A stretch of 64,000 bases of DNA from an uncultured Chloroflexia bacterium (lineage in GTDB: Bacteria > Chloroflexota > Anaerolineae > Anaerolineales > E44-bin32). The position numbers were made by a program, and so were the translations under genes. The DNA is taken from contig CAWAND010000008.1 of the NCBI GenBank assembly GCA_963783335.1, forward strand, positions 23,841-87,840, written 5' to 3'. The notes under the pieces are model-generated. The model saw only the letters and a list, made by a program, of their open reading frames with translations. It searched no databases and was not told the origin of the DNA. Of the stretch, positions 36,794 through 46,980 are shown one piece after another. The stretch's first letter is position 1. Each line of letters starts with the position of its first letter.

Positions 36794-38035
36794 TTAGGCT
36801 TCTTGCGTCTCGGGTTCGGCCTTCCCGGCTTCCTCTAGCACAGTCAACCCCCCGCCGGCCTCCTTAGCCGCCCTCAGCGCCCGATTTGCCCGCTGGAAGA
36901 GACCGAGTGCGCTCTCATCTATCTTATCCACTACGGCCACGCCGGCGCTGAAATCGATTGGTTTCGAAGGATCGTATTCGCGAAGGCTCAAGGATTGAAT
37001 GTGATCTCGCAGACGGTCGATGAAGATTGTAGCGGCCTGACCCTGGGTGGCTGGCGCAAGGATGACGAACTCGTCGCCACCGTACCTGAAGATGATGTCA
37101 GCCTTCCGCAGCCGCGTGGTCAGGGCTGCGCTGAACAAACGGAGCAGGCTGTCGCCCTGTGTGTAACCCATCGTGTCATTGACTGCTTTGAAGCCGTCGA
37201 GGTCGATGAGGATCAGCGAAAATGGGAAGCCATAGCGCTGAAAGGCGCTGGTCAGCTGTGCAAGGATCACGTCGAGCCAGCGGCGATTGTACAATCCCGT
37301 CAGCGGATCTCGGATGGAGGCCTCCGCCAGACCGGCATTGAGGACGAAGGCGTTCCGTGCCTGGCTTTCCATCATAAAGGCCAGGCCAATGCCCACCACG
37401 CTGGCCGCCAGCAGCAAACCGAACATGTAGGCCAATTGGACAGGGGGCAGAGGACGGAGCAGGAGCGATTCCACCATGAACCCAATGATCACGATCGCTG
37501 AGGTGGCCGTCGTCTCAAGTACACGCAGACGCAGAAAAGCAAACGCCGACGGCAGGAGCACAAGCAGAGCCTCAAAATGCTGCGGCATGGCGGCACGCGT
37601 GGAGAGGTGAATCAATACCACCAAGGCCAGCGAGCTCACAATGAGCCCACCACTCACCACGTAGCCAAGATAGGGCTCAGCCCTCTCCCAGTAGCTGGCA
37701 AGCAGCACAAGCAGGAGGATCGGCACCGCGAGGAAGAAGCGTACGGCCCAAAGCGCCCGCCAGGCGTCGGGGCTGTTGACAAGGTCGATGAGGGCGAATA
37801 TGGCGAACGTGGCGATGCCAATCACCACCCCAATACGTCGAAATCTCAGCGTGGAGCGACCGTATCCCTCGAGGAATCTCTTTTCGACGTCGTCGTCATA
37901 GAACTGCAGACTTTGGCGCCGCATCCGATAGCGCGGATCTTCGAGTGGTCCCTCATGGCGGTCCGTCCACTCGACTGGCGACATGCCATCAGAGTCTCGC
38001 TCGTGGAATTCCTCTGGCTCGGGCTGATCGTTCAT
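36794..38035 (-). CDS. Membrane-bound diguanylate cyclase (multi-TM sensor plus GGDEF with RxxD I-site)
   Basis: This is the C-terminal two-fifths of ORF 36794..39913. Internal ATG at 38035 (MNDQPEPEEF...), about 6 TM helices, then RKADIIFRYGGDEFVIL. Confidence 0.75.
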   Translation of the reverse strand: MNDQPEPEEFHERDSDGMSPVEWTDRHEGPLEDPRYRMRRQSLQFYDDDVEKRFLEGYGRSTLRFRRIGVVIGIATFAIFALIDLVNSPDAWRALWAVRFFLAVPILLLVLLASYWERAEPYLGYVVSGGLIVSSLALVVLIHLSTRAAMPQHFEALLVLLPSAFAFLRLRVLETTATSAIVIIGFMVESLLLRPLPPVQLAYMFGLLLAASVVGIGLAFMMESQARNAFVLNAGLAEASIRDPLTGLYNRRWLDVILAQLTSAFQRYGFPFSLILIDLDGFKAVNDTMGYTQGDSLLRLFSAALTTRLRKADIIFRYGGDEFVILAPATQGQAATIFIDRLRDHIQSLSLREYDPSKPIDFSAGVAVVDKIDESALGLFQRANRALRAAKEAGGGLTVLEEAGKAEPETQEA

Positions 38036-38091
38036 CACCGGATCCTCTGCTTGCCTATCGTTCGCCCGATCGTCGCTCGCTTGACAGGGCT

Positions 38092-39913
38092 TCAGTGGTC
38101 CGAAAGAAGCTGCTCCAGTTGGTCGATGAGTTCCTGATAGGTGCGCGAAGGCCGTCTCCACCGGCTCGGGTCGGGTCATATCGATCCCAGCCAATTTAAG
38201 AGCGTCAATGGGATACAGGGAGGCACCCGCCTTCAAGAATGATTGGTAGTCATCCACGGCGTCGGAATCGCCGGCCAGGATCGGACCCGCCAGCGCATGC
38301 GCCGCCGAAATACCGGTGGCATATTGATAGACATAGTAGTCGGCATACAGGTGGCCATAGGTCGACCAATGCATGCCGTCAAGATCGTGATCGATGGCAA
38401 CTTCCCCTCCAAAGCCCTCTTCAAACAGGTCGGCCATCAAGCCGATGGCCACGTCGGCTGTCAGCCCCTGGCCGCGCTCAATCCGCTGATGGGTCTCCAG
38501 CTCAAACCTCGCCAGAAGAGGCATGGTGAAGAAATAGCGATAGAAATTGGACATCGCTTCTTCAATCAGGGTGATCTTGAAAGCCCGGTCCCGATCACTC
38601 TCAAGCAAGTGGGCGCGCACCAGGGCCTGGTGGAAATTCGAGGCCACTTCGGCCACGAAGATCGAGTACTCGGAGTACACATGCGGCTGCGTCTCCCAGG
38701 CCAGATACGAGTGCATCGAGTGGCCCAACTCATGCGCCAGCGTGCTCAGGCTGATGATCGTCTCTCCCCAACTCATCACGATGAAGGGCGGCGTGCCCTG
38801 CTCTCCAGATGAGAAAGCTCCCGAGCGTTTGCCCGGAGTGGGGTACACGTCAACCCAGCGCTCCTCGAGACAGGCCTTGCGAACCTGGGCCACGTAGGAC
38901 TCCCCCATCGGGACGAGACCCTCACAGATCATTTCTACGGCGTCCTCATAGGAGAGGCTGGGTTCCCCTCCGAGCAAGGGCGCCCAGGTATCGAAGGGAC
39001 GGAGTGTGTCGACGCCGAGGACTTCTCGCCTCAGCCGCCAGTAGCGATGCCAGGTTGGCAAATTCTTCCTGAACACATCCATCAGATTGTGAAACACGTC
39101 ACTGGGGATATTGTTGTCGAAGAGTGCCATGTCGAGTGTGCTCGCATGACGCCTGGCGCGCATGGCGAACACGTTCTTCTTGATGGAGGCCGTGAGATTG
39201 TTGATCAGAGTGTTCTTGAACTCAAGGTGACGAGCATGGTAGTTCTCCCATGCCGTCTGCCGCAGCCGGCGATCGTGGCTTCGGAGCAATCGGACCAGCG
39301 TACCCTGCGTTAGAGGGTGCTTCTCACCCTGACTGTCCTCCGCCGGAGCAAACACCATGTCGGCATTGACCAGGACGCCGTAGACGTTGGCAATGCTCCC
39401 CAGCGGATCGGCTGCCATCCCCAGCAGCTCTTCAACATCCGACGAGCGGATGTGTTCAGCCTGCCGGAAAAGGTCATCGAAGTAGTGTTTGTAGGTTTGC
39501 AGGGCAGGGTTTTCATCCATCCATACAGTCACCTGCTGGCGGCCAAGGGACAGAATCTCAGGGATCACAAAGGCCGTCGCCGCCAGATACTGAGCATACG
39601 CAGTGTCGGCTTGACCATTCATTGCAGCTGCAGCCTGGTCGGCGGTATCGACGTTGTGACACATGCTGGCGTAGACGGCGACGTGGCCAGCGCGCATATG
39701 AAGCTGATCACGCAAGGCAAGAGCCTCGGCCAAAACCCCCGAGCCTTCAGCCAGCCTCCCCTCAAGCGCCTTGAGCTTGACCAAATCGGCGATCAGGCTG
39801 TCGAGCGCCGCTTTCCAGGCCTCCGGATTGGCGAAGATGCTTTCAGGGTTCCAGCGATACCGGGCGGGGACATCGGCCCGAGATGAATACGATTGGCCGG
39901 GCACGGACTTCAC
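38092..39913 (-). pseudogene. pepF: Oligoendopeptidase F (M3B), frame broken near 38139-38150
   Basis: HELGHSMH zincin motif. After ...PEPVETAF the native tail (R)TYQELIDQLEQLLSDH-stop (TGA at 38092-38094) is in the +1 frame. The 1822-nt span is 3n+1. As assembled, the frame runs on into the GGDEF gene. Confidence 0.8.
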
Positions 39914-40022
39914 TCCTGGTTAGAGTCGGGGAACAAGAATTCCTATCCAGCATATGCCAAGCTGGCCGCCAGAACAAGCAAACGCCATCCCGGTCCCGGC
40001 GCCCAAATGAGGCGCTTGGCAG

Positions 40023-40451
40023 CTAGCCCCAGTCCCGCTGCGGATCGAAACGGCGCTGGCGTTTCTTGGATGCATGCCGTCTTTTGCTTTCTAATCGACG
40101 GGCTCTGGCTGATTTTGAGGGTCGTGACGGACGTCGGGGTTTCGGGGGCGAGGCCGCGCGGCGGACCAACTTCACCAGCCGGGCGAGCGCTTCCTGGCGA
40201 TTGCGGGCCTGGCTCCGATGTTCACTCGCCTCAATCAGAAGCTGGCCATCCTTGTTGAGCCGCTGGCCCGCCAATCTGGCCAGGCGCTCTTTGACGGCCG
40301 GCGGAAGGCCCTGGCTCCCCATCGCATCCCATCTCAGCTGGGCGGTGGTGGCGACCTTGTTGACGTTTTGGCCCCCGGGGCCCGACCCGCGCACGAAGTG
40401 CCAGCTGAGTTCAGATTCGTCGATGTGAACGTCTGGCGTGATCTCGATCAT
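40023..40451 (-). CDS. arfB: Alternative ribosome-rescue factor ArfB (peptidyl-tRNA hydrolase, RF-1 domain)
   Basis: 142 aa with GSGPGGQNVNKV (GGQ motif) and a basic C-terminal tail. Confidence 0.9.
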   Translation of the reverse strand: MIEITPDVHIDESELSWHFVRGSGPGGQNVNKVATTAQLRWDAMGSQGLPPAVKERLARLAGQRLNKDGQLLIEASEHRSQARNRQEALARLVKLVRRAASPPKPRRPSRPSKSARARRLESKRRHASKKRQRRFDPQRDWG

Positions 40452-40483
40452 GGGGCAAGCTTATCACGGCACCGTCTCGGCTT

Positions 40484-40501
40484 TTGTGAAAGATTTCACA
40501 A
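40484..40501. promoter_or_regulatory. Rex-type operator TTGTGAAagatTTCACAA, perfect
   Basis: Read directly in the 70-nt gap between the feoA stop and the arfB start. Centre is 41.5 nt upstream of the arfB ATG. Confidence 0.6.
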
Positions 40502-40521
40502 TTCCCGGCTGTTGGGCAGAC

Positions 40522-40971
40522 TCATTCTTCTGGCCCGGGCTCGACATCGATCAGACTGCTCAACTCACCGGCCAGGGCGAGTTGGGCATGGCCCGCCTGG
40601 ACCACGGTGACCGGCGCCTGGGCGAGCACTTCGATCATTTCGCCGACGGCCAGACCGAGCGCCTCCAGTCGGCGACGCTTGCCTTGCGGAAGCCGGGCCA
40701 GGTTCAGCACCCTCACTCGCCTACCGGGCTGCACGGCCCGTAGGTCCCCTCGGATGGCTCGAGCGTGACGGTGATGCTTGCGGCGACGCCGACCACCGAT
40801 CGCCCGGGACATCCAACCCGCCAGCTTCGAACCTGCTGGGTCAACCGTGGTGTATCCACATGCAGGGCAGCACGCCAGTCGGCAGCCCGAGCCCAGAGGG
40901 CATGTCCCACAGGCCGGGTTGTCCATTGGATCGTAGCGCGTGCCGCACATCGGGCAGTCCATGTCTGCCAT
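40522..40971 (-). CDS. feoA: FeoA-domain protein with Cys-rich N-terminal extension
   Basis: Eight Cys in the first 38 aa (CPMCG, CGTC, C, CCPAC), an Arg/His-rich linker, then an FeoA/SH3-like domain (RVRVLNL...RRRLEALGLAVGEMIEVL...LALAGELSSLIDV). Confidence 0.7.
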   Translation of the reverse strand: MADMDCPMCGTRYDPMDNPACGTCPLGSGCRLACCPACGYTTVDPAGSKLAGWMSRAIGGRRRRKHHRHARAIRGDLRAVQPGRRVRVLNLARLPQGKRRRLEALGLAVGEMIEVLAQAPVTVVQAGHAQLALAGELSSLIDVEPGPEE

Positions 40972-40972
40972 C

Positions 40973-42965
40973 TCAGGCTCCCCAACCCAGGCTGAGTAGG
41001 ATCACACGCAATCCCCCGCCAACAGCGATGGCCAGGGGGAAGATAAATGCGAGCAAGGCGACCGTGGTCCGCCAGCCGCGCTCTTTGACGATCATCAGCA
41101 CGCTGGCGACACATGGAACAAACAAGGTGATGGTCACCATGGCCACCAGCACCTGCAATGGGCTCATCAACCCCTGTGCCTGGAGCGCGTACAGGCCGGC
41201 AGCGCCAAAGTCTCTGCGGAAGAAACCAAGCACGAGGGCCGTCGTCGCCTGCGGGGGCAAACCCAGCCAGCCTTCCACCACCGGCCGCCCTGCCCGTACG
41301 ATGGACTCGAGCACCCCGGTGCGGTCGAGCAGGAACACGGCCAGGGAGCCCAACAGGAACAGAGGCACGACCTCCCGCGCATACCACTCCAATCTGGCGG
41401 CCGTCTTGGCCAACAAGAGCCGCCATTCAGGAAGACGCAAGGGCGGGAGTTCGAGCATCAGAGGGGATGGCGAGCCCGGCATGAGTTCGACTCGAAAGCC
41501 AGCCGACGGCGAGCATGACCCCCAGTACAACCAGACCCCACACCGCCACAGCCCCGGCCGAGACAGCGGCCAGCATGCCCATCACCACACCCAGCTGAGC
41601 TGAACACGGAACAGCCAAAGCAAGAAGCAGAATTGCCAGCGTGCGCTCCCGGCGAGTTTCGAGGATGCGCGTGGTCAGCGTGGCCATGGTCACACAGCCT
41701 AGCCCAAGGACCATGGGCAAAACGGCTTTGCCATTCAGGCCCATCCGCTCAAACCAGCGGTTGGTGAGGACGGACAACCTAGGGACATAGCCGGAATCCT
41801 CGAGAACGCCGAAAGCCAAGAAGAAGGTGGTCACGATCGGCAAAATGAGCGCCACGGCATAGGTCATGCCCATCGTCCACAGCCCATACGGCCCCACCAG
41901 CAAGTCGATGATCCAGCTGCTGCCAAAGATGCTCTGCAGCAATCCCCCCAGCCAGGGATTGATCAGGCCGCCAAACAAGCCGCCCTCGAGCCAGCCCACA
42001 AGCGTCCCGGCCCCGAAGACGCCCACGAAGCCGAACATCCCCAGCATCACCAACGCCAGGATGGCCAGTCCCCAGATGGGATGAATCGCGTATCGGCCAA
42101 GCCTTTCACCCAACCCGAAGCCCGAGCCGCCGGTGTCACGGCTGACAACGCCGGTCAGTCGTTCAGCGAATGCCAAACGGGCGTGCAAGATGACATCTTC
42201 CACAGGTTCGGCGTAGGCCCGCTGCGCTCCTGCACGGATTTCCAGCATTCTGGCCATCTGCTCCGAGGGCAGCCTTTGGCGGAGCCATTCATCTGCCGCG
42301 GCATCCTGGGAGAGCCACAAGACGGCCAAGGCTCTGGCTGCCATCGGGCCCGGAGGCACGAGGCCTGCCAGATCGGCCACAGCTTTCTCGACGACCGGGG
42401 GATAGACCACCTTCGGAGCAGGGCTGCGCGCTTTATTGACCGCCGCCACCACGTCTGAGACACCCTCGCCGCGCACCGCCTGGGTCGGCACCACCGGAAC
42501 CCCCAGCCAGTGCTCCAGCGCAGCGTAGTCAACCTCCAGCCCGAGGGTTTCGGCCTCATCCGTCATGTTCAACGCCAACACCACCGGCGATCCCATTTCC
42601 AGCAGATAGGAGGTCAAGAACAACGTGCGCCGCAGATGTTTCGAGTCGCCGACCTGAACGATGGCCCGTAGCGGCTCGCGGAGCAGGACCTGGGCCGTGA
42701 CGCGTTCATCTTCCGAAATCGACGGCAGACTCACCAGACCTGGCGTGTCGATGACCATCAGATCCGGATCGGTGCGTGATGGGGCACGATGAACCTCAAC
42801 CGTCGTGCCTGGATAGTTGGCGATCTCGGCCAGGCTGCCGGTGAGCCGCTTGAAAAGGGCCGATTTTCCAACGTTGGGCTGCCCAATGAGAGCCAGCAAA
42901 CCGGATCCCGCACCGCCTAGCCCGCCGATGGGATCGGGTTCAGAGGTTGTGTGGCAGCTTGCCAT
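40973..42965 (-). pseudogene. feoB: Ferrous iron transporter FeoB, frame broken at about 41495-41497
   Basis: G-domain (LIGQPNVGKS, YPGTTVE, DTPG) and the first membrane half are in ORF 41427..43115. The continuation (R)VELMPGSPSPLMLELPPLRLPEW... is in ORF 40973..41530. The 1993-nt span is 3n+1. An AAA run lies at the junction. The ATG at 42965 overlaps the dtxR stop. Confidence 0.85.
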
Positions 42966-43663
42966 CAGAGGGCGGCTTCCGACTCGGGCGTTGGCCGAAC
43001 GAGAACATGCGCCGCAACCAATTCGCCCACCACAACCGTCTTGTTGCCCAGCGCCAACACCAGCGTCCCGTCCAATTCCTCCTTGCTTTTCAAGGTAACC
43101 ATGGCTTGTGGCCACAGCTCTCGGGCCGCAAGGTAAGCCAAGATATCGGTTCGCTCGGGCCGGATGCGCTCCACCACAGCCGACTCACCCACCGCCAGTT
43201 TCGTCAGTTCTTTGCCTTCGATGGGCACGGCCCCCGGCGTGTCAGGGATGGGATTTCCGTGGGGACAGAAGGCTGGCTGGCCCAACCAATCAGCCAGGGG
43301 CTCCGTGACGGATTGGTCCACGGCGTGCTCTAATGCGCAGGCCAGGTCGTGGACTTCGACCCACCCGATACCCAACCTGCCATGAAGAAAGCATTCCCAT
43401 AGGCGGTGTCTGCGAAGGACTTGCTGCGCCCGGCTGGATCCCAGCGGCGAGAGGCGAACGCCGCGGTAGGGCATGTGCTCGAAGAGGCCTTCCGCCTGCA
43501 GGCGGTGCACCATTTCGGTCGCCGACACAGGCGAGATATCCAGCTGGCTGGCTACGGCCGAGATTGGGACAAAGTCCCCGGCGGCCGCGAGCTCAAACAC
43601 GGTCTTGAGATACATTTCGACGCTTTCACTCAGCGCGTCGGATCGAGCTTGCGTTTCGGTCAT
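42965..43663 (-). CDS. DtxR/IdeR/MntR-family metal-dependent regulator with C-terminal FeoA/SH3-like domain
   Basis: YLKTVFEL...ISPVSATEMVHRLQAEGL...RRHRLWECFL...ALEH...CPHGNPIP. Confidence 0.85.
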   Translation of the reverse strand: MTETQARSDALSESVEMYLKTVFELAAAGDFVPISAVASQLDISPVSATEMVHRLQAEGLFEHMPYRGVRLSPLGSSRAQQVLRRHRLWECFLHGRLGIGWVEVHDLACALEHAVDQSVTEPLADWLGQPAFCPHGNPIPDTPGAVPIEGKELTKLAVGESAVVERIRPERTDILAYLAARELWPQAMVTLKSKEELDGTLVLALGNKTVVVGELVAAHVLVRPTPESEAAL

Positions 43664-43901
43664 GTCTAGCGCCCAGTCACGATTTTTTGGTTACCCCAAG
43701 AATAGCTTTTCGGGCCAGCCTTAACATGTGCCAAACCGCCTGTCCATGCCTGACGAAGATCACCTTCAGCCTTGACGGGCCGTGATAAGATGCCCTTCCT
43801 CAAGTGCATAACTCGGTTCAGAGAGGTCATGGATGGCCGACGCTCACCAAAGCAGTCAACCCAGGGCCAGCAGCTTGAGTGGTTTAGGCCGCTCCAGGCT
43901 C

Positions 43902-44714
43902 ATGAAAAAGCATCTCATCCTTCCCCCCGAACACGGCGCTTGGATCTGGTTGGCCGGACCCTTTGTGGTGGGGGCCGTTGCAGGCAAATCGTGGTCTTTG
44001 GACATCCTGCTGTGTGGCGCCACGGTGCTGGCGGCCTTCTTCGCCCGCCAGCCGGTGACCTTGCTGGTGAAAATGATAAGTGGACGCCGATCGCGCCGAG
44101 AACTGACGCCGGCCTTGTTCTGGCTGGCCGTGGATGGCAGTCTTGCCGCCATCCTGGCCGTCACGCTTGCCTTACGTGGCTACACGCAGATTCTGTTGTT
44201 GGCTTTGCCAGCCGTGCCGGTGTTTGGATGGTACCTGTGGCTGGTCAGCCGGCGCGCCGAACGACGGCAGACCGGTGTCCAGATTGTGGCGGCTGGCGTG
44301 CTCTCGCTGGCCGCCCCCGCCGGATACTGGGTCGCCGGAGGAAGCGCGCCTGGGTTGCCCTGGATCATCTGGGGGGTGATGTGGTTCCAGGCGGCGGCGT
44401 CGATCGTGTTCGTGCAGCTGCGTTTGGAGCAGAGGGATTGGAGCCAGACAGGATCGCTGCCCTTGCGCCTATCGAGGGGCAAGCGCGCCTTGCTCTACAA
44501 TGGTTTCAACGCGCTGGCCGGGTTGATTGGCTGGGTGATTCTGGGCCTTTGGCCGATATGGCTCACGGTGGGCTTCGGTTTGATGTTGGTTGACACAATC
44601 GAAGGGGTGCTCCGTCCAGCGGTGGGGTCCCGGCCGAACGCCGTGGGTATCCGGCAGGGAATCAGCAGCGGGATCTTCATCCTACTGGCTGCCTTGAGTT
44701 TCTCTCTGATCTGA
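43902..44714 (+). CDS. YwiC-like polytopic membrane protein
   Basis: MKKHLILPPEHGAWIWLAGPFVVGA... resembles the YwiC-like family N-terminus. About 8 TM helices. Confidence 0.55.
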   Translation: MKKHLILPPEHGAWIWLAGPFVVGAVAGKSWSLDILLCGATVLAAFFARQPVTLLVKMISGRRSRRELTPALFWLAVDGSLAAILAVTLALRGYTQILLLALPAVPVFGWYLWLVSRRAERRQTGVQIVAAGVLSLAAPAGYWVAGGSAPGLPWIIWGVMWFQAAASIVFVQLRLEQRDWSQTGSLPLRLSRGKRALLYNGFNALAGLIGWVILGLWPIWLTVGFGLMLVDTIEGVLRPAVGSRPNAVGIRQGISSGIFILLAALSFSLI

Positions 44715-45058
44715 CGCTTTGGCCGCGTGCGAGTTGGCTCGGGCAGACTCGGGCCGCCTCAATCCGTAAACACAATTCCATCATCACATGGTGCCAACAG
44801 AACTTCGACAGGGCCTGGGTGGCGATGGCCCCCACCCATTCAGACTCCGAGGCACGCCGCCCCCGATGCACCTCTGATCCGTCCGCACCGCACCACCGAT
44901 GTTGCCCGTGCAGTCGTCCCGAACGGCTTTGCTCGGCCCCACTGTCCTCGCCCCTGTGCCCAGCCTGCCATGCGCACCGGCCATCTGAACAGTCTCAGGC
45001 CCGCGTTCCCCACAGCAACCTGGCATGCGAGCCACGAATCGTAGGCTAAGACTCTGAG

Positions 45059-46243
45059 CTAGGCGGTCACCGGGGCTGCCAGGTCGCCCTGTTCCCAGGG
45101 CTGCGAGGGGGCCAAGCTTCCGTGCTCGCGATAGGCCTGAAACAGCTGTCCCCATCCGGTGTCCTCGCGCCATGCTTCAAAGACATGGCGCTGCCGAAGG
45201 GGCCATTGGACGTAATCGTGATTGAACTCTGAGAGGAAGATGGGGAGCGCAACCAGCCGTGTCCGCAGCACGAGCTTCTGAAGCACCCTGGTTGGCCCGT
45301 ACCAGGCGAGCCAGGCCAGCATGCGGTGCAGGTTGTACCCGACTTCAAAATGCCAATCCACGCCACTTATGTCATCGCCGACAATCTGGATCTGACGCGG
45401 ATCTCCCACGCCGAGTCCGCGTTCATGTGCCAGCCTGATGTACGGGATCGACAATGGATCGAAGCCCATCAATCTGGCGGCGACCGCATCGATGGCCACC
45501 TGATCTCCCGATGCCAGAATGACGTTCTTGACAACCGGATCCAAAGACCGGGGTCCGGGGCCATTGCCGGCGGTCGTGCCATCCATCACCGCCAGAATTC
45601 CCGGATGGATTTCCTTCTGAATGGCCAGCAAGTCCACCAACGTCTCGTGGATCCAGCTGTGGGTGTAGTGGCGATGCTGGCTCAGGAGACCCCCAAAGGC
45701 ATTCTTCATGGCGCCGGTTGTGGTCGTGTACATGTGGCATTTGACGGTTGGCAGATGAACGATGTTCTTGCCGAAGAAGTAGTCAGGCAGATAGATGCCT
45801 TCCGGATAGACGTGGTCGAGCGCCAGCATCTCCGCTTTGGGACGGTACGGCATCCACTGCATGTCACTGTCACGAAAATTGTACAGCACGGGAATCTTGT
45901 AGCGGCTGAAGATGGGTCGGTAGCCGTTGAGATCTTCTCCCTTGAACGCGTCAATCACAACCGTCTTGTTCTGCACACAGACCAGAGAATCGAAGCCTCT
46001 CCGACGGAGTCCGAGGATGGTGGCCTCGAGCTGCCAGGGGGTCGTGTTGGCTGACGGCATCGGGAAATGCCAGGATATGTTGTCTTTGAGGATTGTGGGG
46101 GTGTCGGCCTGGAGCGCCCGGCTGGCGTCCGCCAGATCGAACAAGCGATCGTAGTCCTCCAGGATGCTCTCAGGGTGGGTGTACAGAACCGCTACTTGCG
46201 ATCTTGACGATGGGCGTTTGCTCAAGACAAGCAATCTCCTCAC
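45059..46243 (-). CDS. DUF362 domain protein
   Basis: 394 aa. KDNISWHFP, LPTVKCHMYTTTTGAMKNAFGGLL, MDGTTAGNGPGP and DQVAIDAVAARLMGFDP are DUF362-like. Confidence 0.7.
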   Translation of the reverse strand: MRRLLVLSKRPSSRSQVAVLYTHPESILEDYDRLFDLADASRALQADTPTILKDNISWHFPMPSANTTPWQLEATILGLRRRGFDSLVCVQNKTVVIDAFKGEDLNGYRPIFSRYKIPVLYNFRDSDMQWMPYRPKAEMLALDHVYPEGIYLPDYFFGKNIVHLPTVKCHMYTTTTGAMKNAFGGLLSQHRHYTHSWIHETLVDLLAIQKEIHPGILAVMDGTTAGNGPGPRSLDPVVKNVILASGDQVAIDAVAARLMGFDPLSIPYIRLAHERGLGVGDPRQIQIVGDDISGVDWHFEVGYNLHRMLAWLAWYGPTRVLQKLVLRTRLVALPIFLSEFNHDYVQWPLRQRHVFEAWREDTGWGQLFQAYREHGSLAPSQPWEQGDLAAPVTA

Positions 46244-46324
46244 GCGAACCGGCGATCGCTACTCATCACCGGGCCTGCGGCTATCGGACCACCTAGAGAC
46301 TAGCGCAACCCCATCGAGGTGAGC

Positions 46325-46342
46325 ATGTGAATTTTGTCACAA
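46325..46342. promoter_or_regulatory. Rex-type palindrome ATGTGAAttttGTCACAA (12/14)
   Basis: Read directly. The core TGTGA-N6-TCACA is exact. Centre is about 90 nt upstream of the DUF362 start. Confidence 0.5.
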
Positions 46343-46394
46343 ACTCCGTGTCCGACAATCCCGCCCGCGATCGAAAGGCGCGACTTTCCCCTAC

Positions 46395-46880
46395 TCACTC
46401 GCCTGATCCGACAGAGTCCTTGAAGACATTGATTTGGGCGACGTGTTCGCGTTTGTGGCCATAGTTGCTGTACACAAGCAAATCATCCAGGCTGTAGGAC
46501 TCGCCATACCAAGGTATCGTCCCCACCTCGGACAGTTTCGCCGGCGGGATCTCCACAACGGCTTTCATCAGCCCTTCGTGAGCCTCCGTATAGGCATTTA
46601 ACACGTCCTCTGGAGAATGGTCCCTGCGAGCCGCCACCTGCATTGCGTTGAACTCAGATCCCTGCTCGCGCAGCTGGTCCAGTGTGGGCGTCGGACCTGG
46701 CTCGATAAAACTGACCAGCAGTTCTGTATGCCACAGTTCATATGACGTGAGATGGGCCATGATGTCTTTGACTGACCAGGACCCGCACACACCTTTCTGT
46801 GCCCACAAGTCGATTGGCACGCCGTCCAGGCCAGCCCGCAGCGACCGGTCACCGTACATCAGGATGTCACGAGCATTCAT
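46395..46880 (-). CDS. DinB-family protein
   Basis: WSVKDIMAHLTSYE ... YGHKREHVAQI, 161 aa. Confidence 0.7.
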   Translation of the reverse strand: MNARDILMYGDRSLRAGLDGVPIDLWAQKGVCGSWSVKDIMAHLTSYELWHTELLVSFIEPGPTPTLDQLREQGSEFNAMQVAARRDHSPEDVLNAYTEAHEGLMKAVVEIPPAKLSEVGTIPWYGESYSLDDLLVYSNYGHKREHVAQINVFKDSVGSGE

Positions 46881-46980
46881 ATGGCCTCCGGTACATCAGG
46901 ATTTGGGGGTTGAAGGGACCTTGCGATGGACAGCTGCGCCTCGGTGGCCATCCCCGGCTGGCAACAATTCGGCCAAACGG

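Noticed and set aside
43685-43702. TTTTGGTTACCCCAAGAA upstream of dtxR as a DtxR/IdeR box
   Set aside because: Only the left half resembles TTAGGTTA. The right half does not mirror it (about 11 of 19 positions). This is too weak to call without a PWM.
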